Source: Camelus dromedarius (lineage: Eukaryota). From it: a DNA stretch of 64,000 nt. The position numbers and the translations under genes were made by a program. The DNA is taken from assembly GCF_036321535.1 (NCBI RefSeq), contig NC_087437.1:58282001-58346000 (forward strand), in the 5' to 3' direction. Under the pieces are notes generated by a model. The model saw only the letters and a list, made by a program, of their open reading frames with translations. It did no database searches and was not told the DNA's origin. Below, piece by piece: positions 27,403-40,530 of this stretch. Every line of letters starts with the position of its first letter. Within the stretch, counting starts at the first letter, position 1.

Positions 27403-28534
27403 TATCCTTATATATCCATTTATACTCACTGATTGACAGAAAGGCTGGTAGCCTCTTTGGAAAAAAACCCTTGAAGCCCATTTACCATTTGTGTTCAGAC
27501 ATATGTGCAGAGAGAAACAAAGTACACCACTGGAAAAAAATTATCATAAAGGAAAAAGAGTGTGTCACAGGGACCACTTAGGAATGGAGCCAGAGGAGAC
27601 TGTCAGTCCTAGGGACCATGTGGTGGTGAGAGCGGAGCTCATCTTGCTGTAACTTGCTGGTCTTGTGCATACACAGAGTACACAGAGTGGGGAGAGTTGT
27701 TACATCCCCACAGCCCGAAGTACTTGAAGCATGCAAGCCACCTTGCTGAGGGGCTCTCCTCCACCCACGTTATCACACAGAAGTTGCGTTGCCCTTTTCA
27801 CCTGATAAGGGTGACAGCAGGGATCTCTGTGATTGAGTACTTCCTAGTCCACCAACTTTGGGTGCAACTTCTCGCCAGCTCCCCCAGGTCTCACGTGATG
27901 ACAGTGGTATTGGTGGGCGCAGAGTTTCAAATACAAGTGCTACCTCTGAGGAACTGGGCTCAGGCTGATTGAGAGGATGATTTCTAATGAGGACTTGGTT
28001 ATGGAAACATGAAAACAGCCTTGAGGATAATTGAGAAGAAATTGATTTCCTGTTGTATTTCTGTCAAGAAGCGGATCAGTGTCATTGAATAGACGGGACT
28101 ACATTTATGCTCACTGGCTTTGGAAGCCTGAGACACTCAGGTAGCACACAGAAGTAGCCATGAAGCCAGGAAGAGTTTAAAAGGGAAATAGGAGGTGGAG
28201 AATGATAGCAGGTATTCATCAAAAATGAATGATGTGTCAGGTAGTATTCAGAATGCTTTAAATGGATGAACTCATTTAGCCTGGTAACACAAGCTTATAT
28301 GTTGTGAATTGCAAAGCAAAAAAAAAAAAAAAGAAAGAAAGGGAAGGTGTCCTCACAGAAAATACGTATTTTTCCCCCTTAAACTGTAGGAAACATTATG
28401 CTGTACACCAGAAACTGACACAAGACACAACATTGTAAACTGACTATACTTCAATAACAAAGAATGCAATAAATAAACTATAGGGATGTAGTAACATGAG
28501 TTCAGTTGCTTTGCTGTACCTGTGAGTTGCTGTC

Positions 28535-28672
28535 AAAATTATTACTTCCATTTTACAGGTGAGGAAACTGAGGCCCAATGAGCTTAAATGAATTGCTCAA
28601 GGTTATATGGCTAAGAAGTAGCAGGGCCAAGATTAGAATCAAGGCAGTCTGGCTTCAGAGCCCATGCTGTGC
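28535..28672 (-). mobile_element. MIR SINE fragment
   Basis: ccattttacaggtgaggaaactgaggccc...gctcaaggttatatggctaagaagtagcagggccaagattagaatc. Confidence 0.8.
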
Positions 28673-29667
28673 CTTTCAGTGGGGGATTACTTTAGCTCAG
28701 TAGCAGCCCCACCTCATCCCACAACGACGACTGAGAAAACCTTGCTGTATTTTAATTTATTATGCAGAATAACATACTGCCCATTTGTCCCAAGCTTAGC
28801 CTGCAGCCTTCTTTTATAACTAAAGCTCCATTAATGTGTTTTTCATAAATGAAAGAGCAATGTTCCTAAGATAAAATATTCAGTTTCTCTAGGATGTAGA
28901 AGTGGTTGAGTTCAAGTTTTTAAGAATTACATTATTTTTCCTTCCAGTGCCAAAAGAAGCTATTTAGAATCACTACTGATTTTTAAAACAATCTGGAGAG
29001 ATCATTCAACCTGTTTGGTCTCAGTCTTTCAGGTAAAAATCCAGAAGTACAGAACATTTAACTGATTTGTTCAAGAAAAAGCAGTAAATCTATAGTTAAT
29101 AATACCTGAATTATCTACAATTTATCACTTTAACTTTTACAGTTTAATAAAGATATATAACTTCCAGTTTCATATTTTCATAAGAAATGCAAACAAGATA
29201 GAGTAGTATCTTCTCTGTCCCTTCTTCTAATAATATAATTGAGGGTAAACTTTGTAATATTTGGAGGAAAAAGCTTTAAAGAAGTAAAAATTACTACTTA
29301 AATATGACAAATGTCTTTACTATTAGTCTTCAGTTACAACTAACAGAATAATAGTGTTCAATTATTCCTCACTGGAACACTGAATTAGTAAAATTCAACA
29401 ACCTCTCCTCTCAACAATGGAATACTTTCTTTTCACCTTCCTGGAAAAGATGCCAATATTTATAAAACAGAAGTGTTTATTTTGGCACATTAAGGTCGAT
29501 TGACTTTCTTCCTACATATTTTCGTACTACTTTGTCTTTTGAATAGTTAGATGAATAAATGTGATTTTTCCTACTGTTCAAAGCAATCAAAATAAAACAT
29601 AGTCTATATCTGCATTTTAATGAGCTTTGTTTTAATGATTAATTCAATGCGAAGTCAGCCAACATTT

Positions 29668-30060
29668 TTTAAAAAATATATTTTTATTGAAGTACAGTCA
29701 GTTTACAATGCTGTGTCAATTTCTGGTGTACAGCACAATATTTCAGTCATATAGGAACATACATACGTTAGTTCTCATATTCTTCTTCACCATAGGTTAC
29801 TAAAAGATATTGAATGTGGTTCCCTGTGCTATATACAGTATGAACTTGTTATCTATTTTATATATATATGTTAGTTATTATCTGCAAATGTCAGACTCCC
29901 AGTTTATCCCTTCCCACCACCTTCTCCCCTGGTAACCATAAGTTTGTTTTTTATATCTGTGAATCCGTTTCTGTTTTGTAAATAAGTTCATTTATCTTTT
30001 TTTTTAACTTTTAAACTTCTACATATAAGTGATATCATGTGGTTTTTTTTTTCTCTTTCT
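29668..30060 (-). mobile_element. Young LINE-1 3' end with TSD
   Basis: tttttattgaagtacagtcagtttacaatgctgtgtcaatttctggtgtacagc...; flanked by agccaacattt and agccaacactt. Confidence 0.9.
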
Positions 30061-31839
30061 TAGCCAACACTTAATTGAGTTATAAAAATAAAAAAATAAT
30101 TATTCAGATGCCAGAGTTTGGGTACAATGACAGTCAAGTACAACACAATCCTGCTTCAACTTATCTAAGGGTAACGTTCAATTAAGGTTTCATTTTGTTT
30201 GTTTTGGAGAATCAGAAGAGGGAAAGAGGGAATATTATCAGGTGAGACAGAATAAAACAGTTTTAACCTTTATCCTTTGTCCTAAGAAATTCTGGGCCTT
30301 CTTTAACTAGTGGTTTAAATATAAATATATATTTATATATATATGCTATTTGATATTTTAATAGTCCATGACTAATCTCATTGGTGCCATATTCCAAAAT
30401 GGACAATCATAACTTACTTAAATATCATATATCTAATAAGGAGACAAAACATATTCTCCACCTCCACCTTTCTCCTTCTAACAGGAAGCTGAAAGTCACT
30501 CCAAGGCTTAACAGAGACACTGGACACAATCATCTGGGAATAAAAGGAGCAGAAAAGTGGACGTGCACAGCTATTGCACTTGACAGCTAGAAGGGGTGAG
30601 AATGCATTTGAGTTTCTTAGCAAAGTTATCATAGTTAATCACAGGCCTCTCTGGCATTCCTCAATGAGATTATTTATTTAATTATAACATAGCTACTTCT
30701 TTAACAGATTTAGGAAGTTTTTAATTCCCACACAAACACCTAGATAAAGACGCAGGCATACATGCACATGAATGTGCACACACACACACACACACCATGG
30801 AACAACTAAAGATAAATTCAGATTAAAGTACAAAAGGAACCAGGCAGAAGAGGGGCACAAATGAGAAGTCAAGCACCCCAGGAGGTGACGGAGGTGATAA
30901 TGGTGGTGGTCCTGGTGAGGCTGGGAGCCCTTGGGTTTTGGGTACCCACTGCGGCTACTCGCAATGCTGGGCATTTTACTTGTTGAGGGGCCTGCTACTT
31001 TTGAACGTTAACATTCGTTAAGCTCTAAGATTCTTGCATCCGAGTCAAGGCGGGAAATGTAATAGGCCAAAGGTGAATATAATTTAGGAATTTAAAAGCA
31101 GAATTGGAATTTGTGGGAAGAAACATTCTGCCTAGCTGATACCACACACTCTTACTTCTCTTATCAAATTTTTATAGATATTCTTGAATAGATGTTTCTT
31201 CATTTGCTGTTTGCCCTTAGGTCCATTTCTAGAAATTTTGATTTTTTTAAAAAGTATTTTTCACAAGTTTCACTGGGGAGTGGGTCTTCCATGCTGGAAG
31301 TCAATCTCTTCAGAGCACTTTCAATGGGTACATTTCACAGTGTTCTGAAATGCACTGAATTTTATAAATTTCATGATTTATCCCAGACTCTAACAAATTC
31401 CAGTTGGATTTTTTTGGCCTGAAATAATCAATTTACACAACTAGGTTCAATGTGGGAGATTCAGGAGATTTATCATAATAGTATAGAAAATATATTTGTT
31501 GTGCAGTCTAGGGGATAACAAAGCTCCTACCATGTGCCTGAATTAGGGAGCACTGAAGAAGAAAAATGGTTGTCTCCCTTCCTCTTTGTTGGATTCAAAT
31601 CCAACAGCTTTTGGCTAGTTTATTTTAATTAGAATTAGGAAAAGAATTGAACCTCTAGATTTCATTTTAATCAATAAATTCAGCTTATTTTTCTACCTAA
31701 AATTTCCTTGTCTGAGTTGTATTAAAAACCAGGCAAAGTGAGTGGAAATTATACAATTTCTTTGTAGTTGGAGTAATCATCTAGAGTGCAATGTCTATAA
31801 AACAGAGACAAACCCGGAAAATTTCCGATAATTTTTATC

Positions 31840-32310
31840 AATTAGGGTTAGGTCTGGTTGCATATGAAAGGAAAACCAAAATAACATCTACTAAAACTCT
31901 CAAGATTTATTCTTCTGATAGAAAGAAGGTAGAATAGGTTGTCCACTATTGACATGAATGCTCCAAAAATAACTGGAAGTTCAGGCTCTTTCTCTCTCCC
32001 TGCCTCTGGCTTTCATCCTCAAGTCATCCATGGACCAGCACAACTTCTGGAGCTCCTGTAACAGAAAGAAGAAGCAGAATAAAAGAACGATGTACCGCCC
32101 AGCTGTGTTAACTCCCTTTTCTGGAAACACCACAAGATTTCATAGTACTGCTTCCATTATGATCACATTGCTTAGAACATAGTTACATAACCACGCAGGA
32201 GCCTAGAAATTATAAGTTTTAGATGGGCATATTGCCAGTTGAAATCAAAGTGGGGTTCTTTATCGAGCAAAAGGCAGAGAAAGGTTTTTGGATAAGCAAC
32301 TAGCTCCTGG
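31840..32310. mobile_element. MaLR (MLT1-like) LTR
   Basis: aattagggttaggtctggttgcatatgaaaggaaaacc; cacattgcttagaacatagttacataaccac; ttttagatgggcatattgcc. Confidence 0.6.
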
Positions 32311-34216
32311 ACAGCAATCTAAAGAATAAATAATCATCCAGGTGCATCCTCTCACCTCAATTTATTGAAGTTGACTGTACAAAGAAACCATACAGAGTAA
32401 ATGTACACCTGACATTTTACCCAAATAACTCTCAGTAATCCTCAGGGAAATTCTAGCTGCTAGTGGACCTCACGAGGGCCAGGACCTGACTGAGTGTTAA
32501 ACATCCGGGCTGTAGAGTCAGGGAAAGAAGGGTTTTGAATCCTCGCTCTACACTCTGGAAGTGTATGACTTAATTTTCCCCAACTCTAGAAATGGGGCTA
32601 TCGGGGGAATCTGCATCAAAAGATTGTGGGTTAGGAGAATATATGGTGCACAGTGACCATCAGTGTCAGCTGATATTACTGTTCTCTACAGTAGCTTTCC
32701 TTGTCATTTATCCCTCACAACTTCTAATGACTCCAATCAAAATAGATTTATAGTCCTATTCTAAGCAGAATAAGACTTTACGTCCTATTCTATGTCTAAT
32801 GACAGAACCACATTGCTCAAGGGATATAATCAGAGATGTCCATACAGGTTAGCTAGTCACCTCCCTGAGAGGTGCACAGATACTTCTAGGACATTGCTTT
32901 TCTTTGGTTTCTGGTCTCATGTGGCTAAACTGAGTCTGGACATGTGGTCTCACATATAAACGGTACCGATGGTGACAACTGGTTAATGAACTTTGAATGG
33001 GGGCTACCTAGCAAAGATCCTGGGTTCCTAGTGATAGAGGTTGAAATTTTACCTGGATGATAGAATATGTCTTAGCTATTGTATTTAGTTTGATCTTCCT
33101 GTAGAAATTCCTGAATTCTAGACATTGTATTTGATTTGATTTTTCTGAAGACAACCATGGTGGAAAACCTCAGACTGCTAAGACTAAAGTATAACTAATA
33201 CTGTATTCCTGACCTCCATCCCCTGATGAATTTTCTGACTTGTAAGGTGATTTCTAATTCTTTACATCCTCTGAACTTCAGAGGAACCCAGCAAGGTCAG
33301 TAGGGCTGGGGAAAGGACCATCTTCCTTGTTTTGCACATGAAGGAACGGAGACTCAGCTCTAAGTTTCTAACATGAAGTCATTCGGATGGATTTCACGCT
33401 GCAAAGCCAAGACCAGAATTCAGGCCCTCTAACTACAAGCTGGTACCTTTTGAGCTCCACCAGAAAGCAAATCAGCGGGGAGGCGGCTGAACAGCTTCTA
33501 AGTTGTCAGAAAGTGGAATTTGCAGGCGGTTTCTGGAACACTAGTGATGACAGCAGATGAGACACGGCAGCTGTTTCTATCAGGTTATAATTTTGTGTTA
33601 GCTGCTTCCACAGAACATCCTTCATTTACCCTCGAGGAGTTGGTGAGATTCCACCTTACTTTCATTGGTATCAGAGGTCTTGCAGGGATGCGTATCAGAG
33701 CAGTGAGAACTGGCACTTGTGATTAGCAAAATGAATCCCTGGTGAGAAGTGCCAGATGATAGTAGGGAGACAGAAAATAAAACAAAGAGAAGCTCATTCG
33801 TATTTTCATTCTTCTAAGATCAACCATCGTACACCTGCAGTCCTGGGTTAGGTATTAGGGACACAAATGTGAATAAAAGACTACAAAACCATACCAAGAA
33901 GCTCACAGTCTACTGGGAAAGAGAGAAAAGCACATCTAACAAGCACTGTTTTAGAAAGTTATGAGTAAGTACAATGAAAGAAAAGGGAAACGTTGCTTTG
34001 TTTTTGAAGTAGTAACATCTGAACTGGCCCTTGAAACATAAGGAGTTTTACCAGTGAAACAGGAGGCATAAGGGCATAATGGACACAGAGACAAGATGAC
34101 ATCTGTCACGGTCAAGGAATTTTAAGTAGTTCATAGTAGTTAGAACATATGGTGTAGGGACTGGGGGGTGGTAAGGTGGGAGAGGGAGGTAGAGGTGGGA
34201 GATGAAGTCTGAAAGG

Positions 34217-34860
34217 TGGGAATGAAGACTACTGCCTGCCATAACAGTAAACAAAGGATGCTGCTGCCATCAAGTCATCAGCCACTAATGCGGCCCCCAA
34301 CAGTGAGCCGGAGGGAAATCAGGATACAGACGAGCAGGCAGCCCGGCCTCTGCAGCCACCCCCAGTGGTGCCCCCTGAGGGAACTCAGGATGGGGAAGAA
34401 CAGGATACTGGCCCTGGATAGCTAGACGCATATCAAAGGAATGATTTCAGTGAGCCCAGACTTCTGTATTTTCTCATACATAGAAAACGAATATATGTAT
34501 GTTCCTATATGACGGAAGCATTGTGCTGTACACCAGAAATTGACACAATACTGTAAACTGACTATACTTCAATAAAAATATATTTAAAAAAAAGAGCAGC
34601 ACTAAATGGCTTAACTTGAGATATCTGGTTTTCTTTAATAAATAGTAATCTTTTGATGTTCCACCTATCTGGTCTTGGTTGCAAAACTCCTATATATCCT
34701 GGCTCCTCCCCTGCCTCTTGGGAGCTGTCTCTTAGAGCGATCTGAGAGGCAGCCTCCTGGGCTTAAGTCCTCAGAAATGTTTGCTGAATAAAATGTAACT
34801 CTCAACTTTTAGGCTGTGTGTGTATTTTTGTTTTGTTTTGTTTTGTTTTTCCAGTTGGCA
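34217..34860 (+). mobile_element. ERV1-type solo LTR inserted in an L2, carrying an L1 tail at about 34488-34593
   Basis: TG...CA ends, TATA-like cctatatatc (about 34689), aataaa (about 34787), internal near-duplication ending gaggga(a)ntcaggat; L2 sequence on both sides. Confidence 0.75.
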
Positions 34861-36916
34861 GAGGTATAATGGAATCTGATATTAAGGCCAAAGTGAAGGG
34901 CTGAGGGATTTATACTTCATCTTGCAGGTGGTAGAGAAGGGTTTAATCAGGGGACTGACATGATCAGATCTGCCTTAGAAACAATTCTGGTGGCCCTGTG
35001 GTGGTTAAACTGGGATAAGTATTAAGGGGTGGGCAGGAAAAAGTAACTCAGCAAACCGGTGGATGCTTCTTCGGTAGCAGAGCTCTTTTTGCATTGTTTT
35101 TCCCTTAAATTTGCTTCTACTCTTTTGTGTATGTATTTTTCCCAGTAGTTGACAGGAGTTCTGGAGATATTAATGCTATTTCCAACTAGCTCAAGAGTTA
35201 CCTCCAATGATCAACCTGGATATTCATGACACACCATAATACCATTAAACACGAGTCATTAAACAGGAGTTTAAAGAGTGCTGGGGCTCACATTGCAGAG
35301 ACCTTCATGCAAATTTGGGGGCACTACTTGGCAGCAACCCTGCCACAGAACCTTGGCACTTTCAAGTACGTCTGTGTTTCTCCGCGGATCGGGGGCCAAT
35401 TTTCTGCAGATAAACTTGCTGTACTTTATATGCAAAATCCCAGGCTCTGGCCTCTAGGATGACAGCATTTGCTGGAGAAGACAGGTACGGAGAATCAGGA
35501 GCCCAAGGAATCTTGACATTCCTTCCAGCAATAAGCCACAGAGAATCACTATTCAAAGTCTAACATTAAGCAGCTCAGCATCCAGCAGCCTTGGGAAGAG
35601 TGAAGATTAGTTCTCTGCTAAAGAAAAGAAAAAGCCAGGGAGGCGTTTCCAGGCAGCCAAGAAGATACCTGTTCAACTTGTTCTATGGTCCTAATGGAAT
35701 CAGTCAGTGCAGACAGAGAGAAAAATAAGGTCACTTGAGCCAAAAACTTGGTTTCAAAGATTTAGTTTCTTGGATTGAATGATTCATTTCTGGCTAAATT
35801 TTCCAGTCAGTTCAGTGACTAGAAGTCACTGTTTTATGTCTAATTTTACATGTACATATGTATATGCTTAATTTTCCAGGCAGTCAAGTTTTATGTATAA
35901 TCCCAGCCAGAGAGATAGGGGCATCTGTGATCCATTTTACACAAGGCAATGCCTTTTGTATCTTTGGAAAGAAATATTATGCTCCAATTTCTTTTGCAAT
36001 TCTTTTTCACTCACAAATAAAATATTTATGTTTTCTTTATACCCTTAAATCCACTTAGTCAAAGATCCGTTTTTACCATATCGCTCCGAGTGTCCACTTA
36101 CTGAGCACATATCTACTCTGGGTAGCAACAATGACAATTATTGCTAACATTTACATAGCATTTGCCAGGTATTATTCTAAGTATTTATTATTTATTAATT
36201 TGTTTAATTCTCACATTAACCTAAAAAGATGGGTCTTCATAAAAGAAGGAAAAATGGGGGAACAGAGAGATTAAATAATCTGCACAATTAAACTGCTATG
36301 CATGGCAGAGATGGAGCATGCCACCAGGCAATCTATCCTCCTTACCTCTTAGAGCAGAGTCTGGCCAAGGGCTCATCCCCAGCAAGCACTAGAATTTGGT
36401 GCAGAATCAAATTATCTCAAGGGCAGTGTGTTCACCTCTAATGTCTAATCTCTTCTTATTGTCTTTCTTGGTCATTCCACAGGAAGACTTGAAAGCCATT
36501 TTTTAATAGTCAGGAAAATGTGCCGATTTGATAAGACGTACTATGTATGAGCTGGGGGCAACAGGCCTGTGTCCTTATCCCAGAGGTCATATTTGACAAA
36601 AGATTTCACAGCCAGTGGAGATTTTTATTAATTCTATTTGGCCTGTTGCTCATTCATGCTTTGTTGAAAAAGAGATCTGAGTGGCTAAGCATTTGAATAT
36701 CATTTATTTCCAAATGCCTGCCTCACACATCATCCTAAATGTCATTACAAAACGTGAAAAGTCCACCTTACTCTTTAAATGGCTACAGGAGATAACGGTG
36801 GGTGGTCACAGTGTCTTACAATCGCATCATACAGGGCTTACTTGAAAGTCTGGGAGTGCCGGCAGCTGGATCTGAAGATCCATACTTTCAGACCTGACAC
36901 TCGGGCTCTGTGATTG

Positions 36917-36918
<2 letters not shown>

Positions 36919-36958
<40 letters not shown>

Positions 36959-36960
36959 GC
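36919..36960. repeat. (GT)n microsatellite
   Basis: About 17 perfect GT units followed by gcgtgtgc. Confidence 0.95.
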
Positions 36961-37809
36961 CAGAGAGCTGGAAGCCTGGAACACAGTGCTTGGGGTGAAA
37001 AGGTGAGGAGGCTCCCCTTGCTTTCTCTTTCCCTCCCAACTTGGTGTCCTGTATGGTTTGCTTTCTCATCTACTGCCCCACATTTCAGACCTGAACTATA
37101 TCTTCACTCTGTGGAAATATTAAGCCATTGATCGCTCATGAAAGATGTGAAGAGAGGAGTTACCTGGACACCCAAATCCTTTTCTCGACTCCCTTAGAAC
37201 CTGGAGGACACTGCCCTGGGCTACGGCATCAATCTGCCAAGAACCAAGCTTTGGTCAATTATTTAAAAGGAAAAATAAATTCTGATGCAACATTCCAAGT
37301 ACCTGATTTACAAATGTTACATAAAAATCTGGTCTTGGTTCTTTTGCAGATCATGAGTAAGGCTGTGAAATCAAGTAGGAAAGTATGGCCTCTGGCTCCT
37401 GTCCTTATTGCCCAACCCTCTCACCAACAAGGCCACATCCATCTTCCAGCAGACTTCACTCACCTCCTCTCCTCTTGTCCCATCCTAGGTCTGTGTGCCT
37501 CTGGCCATCTTCCTTCCTCTGGCAACCCAGTTCTCCCCTCGTGATACCCTTCCTTCAACCTTCTCTAATAAAATTACCTATGTAATTTTTTCCCCATGTG
37601 ATTATTTGAAAATGTTTTCATTTAATGAAACTAATTAAATTGGAAAGATAAGTCATATAAATGGCTACATTTTCAAGAGGGGAAAAACAGGGGCATTACA
37701 GGGTGAAAGCACTCTATTGAGTGCTTCTGGGTCTCATGGTTTTCCAAATCGCTAATCAGCCATGTGACATAACTGGGGTGTACTCAGCACAGCCTATTAT
37801 CGGCAAGGT

Positions 37810-39061
37810 GATTTGATTAATCATACTATTTTCCCTTATCTAATTCCTTCTCTAAAGCCTAGAGAAGCCAAAAACTTCCTTTCTCAGCCTCTGTTGCAGA
37901 TAAGGGTAGCTCCTGGCCCAGTTCTGGTCAATAAAATATGAAGGGGAATCTGCTGGAAGAGTCTAGGAGAGGTGTCTTTCTCCCTATTAAGAGAGCAGTG
38001 CAGGAGGAAAAGGCTCTTTCTTCACCGTCTCCTATTTCTCAAGGTGATTGTGTGAGGACATGATGGTGGGAGCTGCTGCAGCCCCCTTGCAGCAAGGAGA
38101 AGACTAAGAGACACTGACAGAGGGACTTGATATCATTCAGTTGCAAAAATATTCACTCAACAACTATTCATTGAATGCTTATTATGCACCAGGCACGGTA
38201 CTAGTGGTGGGCATTCCTATATACAAAATAAGCAATGCCTGCTTACAGGGAGCTTACATTTTAGTAGGAGAACAAACAGCCAATAAGAAATATATAATAT
38301 GTCAGCTAGAATTAACAGCTATGGTAAAAACTTAAGAAGGACAAGGGATTTGAAGACTGATGGGGTGATATTTTACATAGTGGATAAAGGGAGATCTATC
38401 TGATAAAGTGACATTTGAGAGAACTAAAGGAAGTGAAGGAGCAAGTCATGCAGATATTTGGGGAGTGGAAAGGAGTGCTCTGGGATGAGGGAACAGCATA
38501 TGCAAAGGCCCTCAGGGAAAACATGCTCAGCCACTCAAGGAGCAGCAGGCAGACCAGAGAGGCTAGACTGAGTGAGCAACAGGGAGAATGAAGGGAATGA
38601 GATAAGAGAGATTGCAGGTGTCCAGGTTGTTTAGAGGCTTGAAAGTTGTCATAAGGATTCTAAATTTCATTTTTTAAGGGTATAAGAAATCATGGAGGAT
38701 TTTGAGCAGGAAACCAACAAAGGACTTAAATTTTACCTTTCTGGTAGTTAAAAAAATGTGCTGGCTGTTGTATATAGACAATGTAAGAAGGCAAGGGAAG
38801 GAACAGGGAGACAGGAAAATACTGCGAGAGCTGTGGGTGGCTGGCCACAGGTGTAGGTTGTGGAGGCAGAGAGAAAGGTTAGATTCTGGTTACATCATGA
38901 AGATCAAACTACCAGCATCTACTGACGGGTCTGATGCAGGATATCATTCTAACAGGGTCTATCTTCTGACTTCTGAACATGTGAGAAAAATAAACTCCTC
39001 TTGTTTAAGGCACCGTTAGTGTGAGGTTCTCTTACTTGCAGCTGAAAGCATTCCTGATACA
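37810..39061 (+). mobile_element. ERVL-type LTR (LTR16/LTR33-like) split by an L2 insertion
   Basis: 5' part ctcagcctctgttgcagataagggtagctcctggcccagttctggtcaata; 3' part gtgagaaaaataaactcctcttgtttaagg...ttacttgcagctgaaagcattcctgataca. Confidence 0.65.
38139..38939 (-). mobile_element. LINE-2 3' fragment
   Basis: attcactcaacaactattcattgaatgcttattatgcaccaggcac; gagggaacagcatatgcaaaggccct; ggaggattttgagcagg. Confidence 0.8.
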
Positions 39062-39760
39062 GCTGGAAGCAAAACTATTATTTCTTCATATGTTCTTTTC
39101 ATCCCAGCTTTACAAATTCAAACTGAGTCATTAGAATCTGAAATCACAAGAGTTTATCTATAAAATGTACCTAATTATTAAATTCCATTAAAAAAATAGA
39201 ATAGAATAAAAGAAAACTGGGGCCCAGGGAGCTTAAATGATTTGACAAAAGTCACACAGTCAGTTAATGAATATTGGATTACAACTCAGGTTGTAACCTG
39301 AGTTCAGATTACAATAACAATACAAGATAATAATGCAAAATAGCTTTAGCTCTTACAATTGGAAGTGACTGAGCCAGTTTCGATACAGGGCAGCACTCTC
39401 TTCCCAGGTGCATGGTCTAGCATCCAGGGTGCTAGATGCTGGCAAACTATGGGTCTTGGCTGGGCTTACTGGGTCTCACGGGGGCAGGTGCTGGGCCCAA
39501 TTGCCTCTCTGGAAGCAAAGACAAAGGAGAAGATGGTCCATTTGCTTACTGGGATTTTGCCTTAGAGCATTGTATGGGTGAAAAAGAAAGAAACCTGGCT
39601 CAGAAAGAGAAGAATAGTTAAAAGAACTTTACACAAAAGCAGTGCTGCTAATCGTATTGTGGTGAAAAGTATGGCAGGTCAATTCCAAGACAGAGTCTGG
39701 TGTACAGGAAATGATCAAAAAAGAGACACCTTTTGAAGGCTCTGGACAGTTTTATTAGAG

Positions 39761-39977
39761 CAGTGCTGTCCAATAGAAATTTAATGCTACCCTCTTATAC
39801 AATTTTTAAAAATTTAATAAGCATATTAAAAAAATAAAAAGAAACAAGTGAAATTAAGGTCATATTTTATTTAACCAAATACACTTAAATATTATCATTT
39901 CAACATGTGACACAAAACACATTCCAAGCACTCAGTGGTCACATGTGGCTAATGGCTACCATATTGAACAACACAAC
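39761..39977. mobile_element. MER3-like hAT DNA transposon
   Basis: cagtgctgtccaatagaaat ... cacatgtggctaatggctaccatattgaacaacaca. Confidence 0.75.
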
Positions 39978-40134
39978 TTTAGAGAACCAAACACACAAAA
40001 ACATTTTTAAAGAGAAAACTTCTGTAGGGATAAAATACAAAGTATTTTTAAAAACTCACTAATAATTTTATCTGTTTTAATGTATCCCAACCAAACACAG
40101 ACCATTTATAAATCATTAATATCTAGAACAATAT

Positions 40135-40530
40135 TTTTTTAAATTGAAATACAGTTTACAATGTTGTGTCAATTTCTGGTGTACAGCATAATGTTTCAGT
40201 CATACATATATATACTTATAATCATTTTCATATTCTTTTTCATTATAAATTACTACAAGATAGTGAATATAGTTCCCTGTGCTATATAGTAGAAATTTGT
40301 TGTTTATCCATTTTATACATAGTAGTTAGTATCTGCAGATCTCAAACTCCCAATTTATCCTGTCCCATAGACCTTCTACCCAGTAGTTATAAATTTTTTT
40401 CTATGTGAGTCTGTTTCTATTTTGTAAATAAGTTCATTTGTGTCTTTTTTTTTTTTTTTTTTTTAGATTCCACATATGAGTGATATCATATGGTATTTTT
40501 CTTTCTCTTTCTGGCTTACTTTACTTAGAA
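40135..40530 (-). mobile_element. Young LINE-1 3' end
   Basis: aattgaaatacagtttacaatgttgtgtcaatttctggtgtacagc...ttagattccacatatgagtgatatc; aacaatat repeated on both flanks. Confidence 0.9.
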
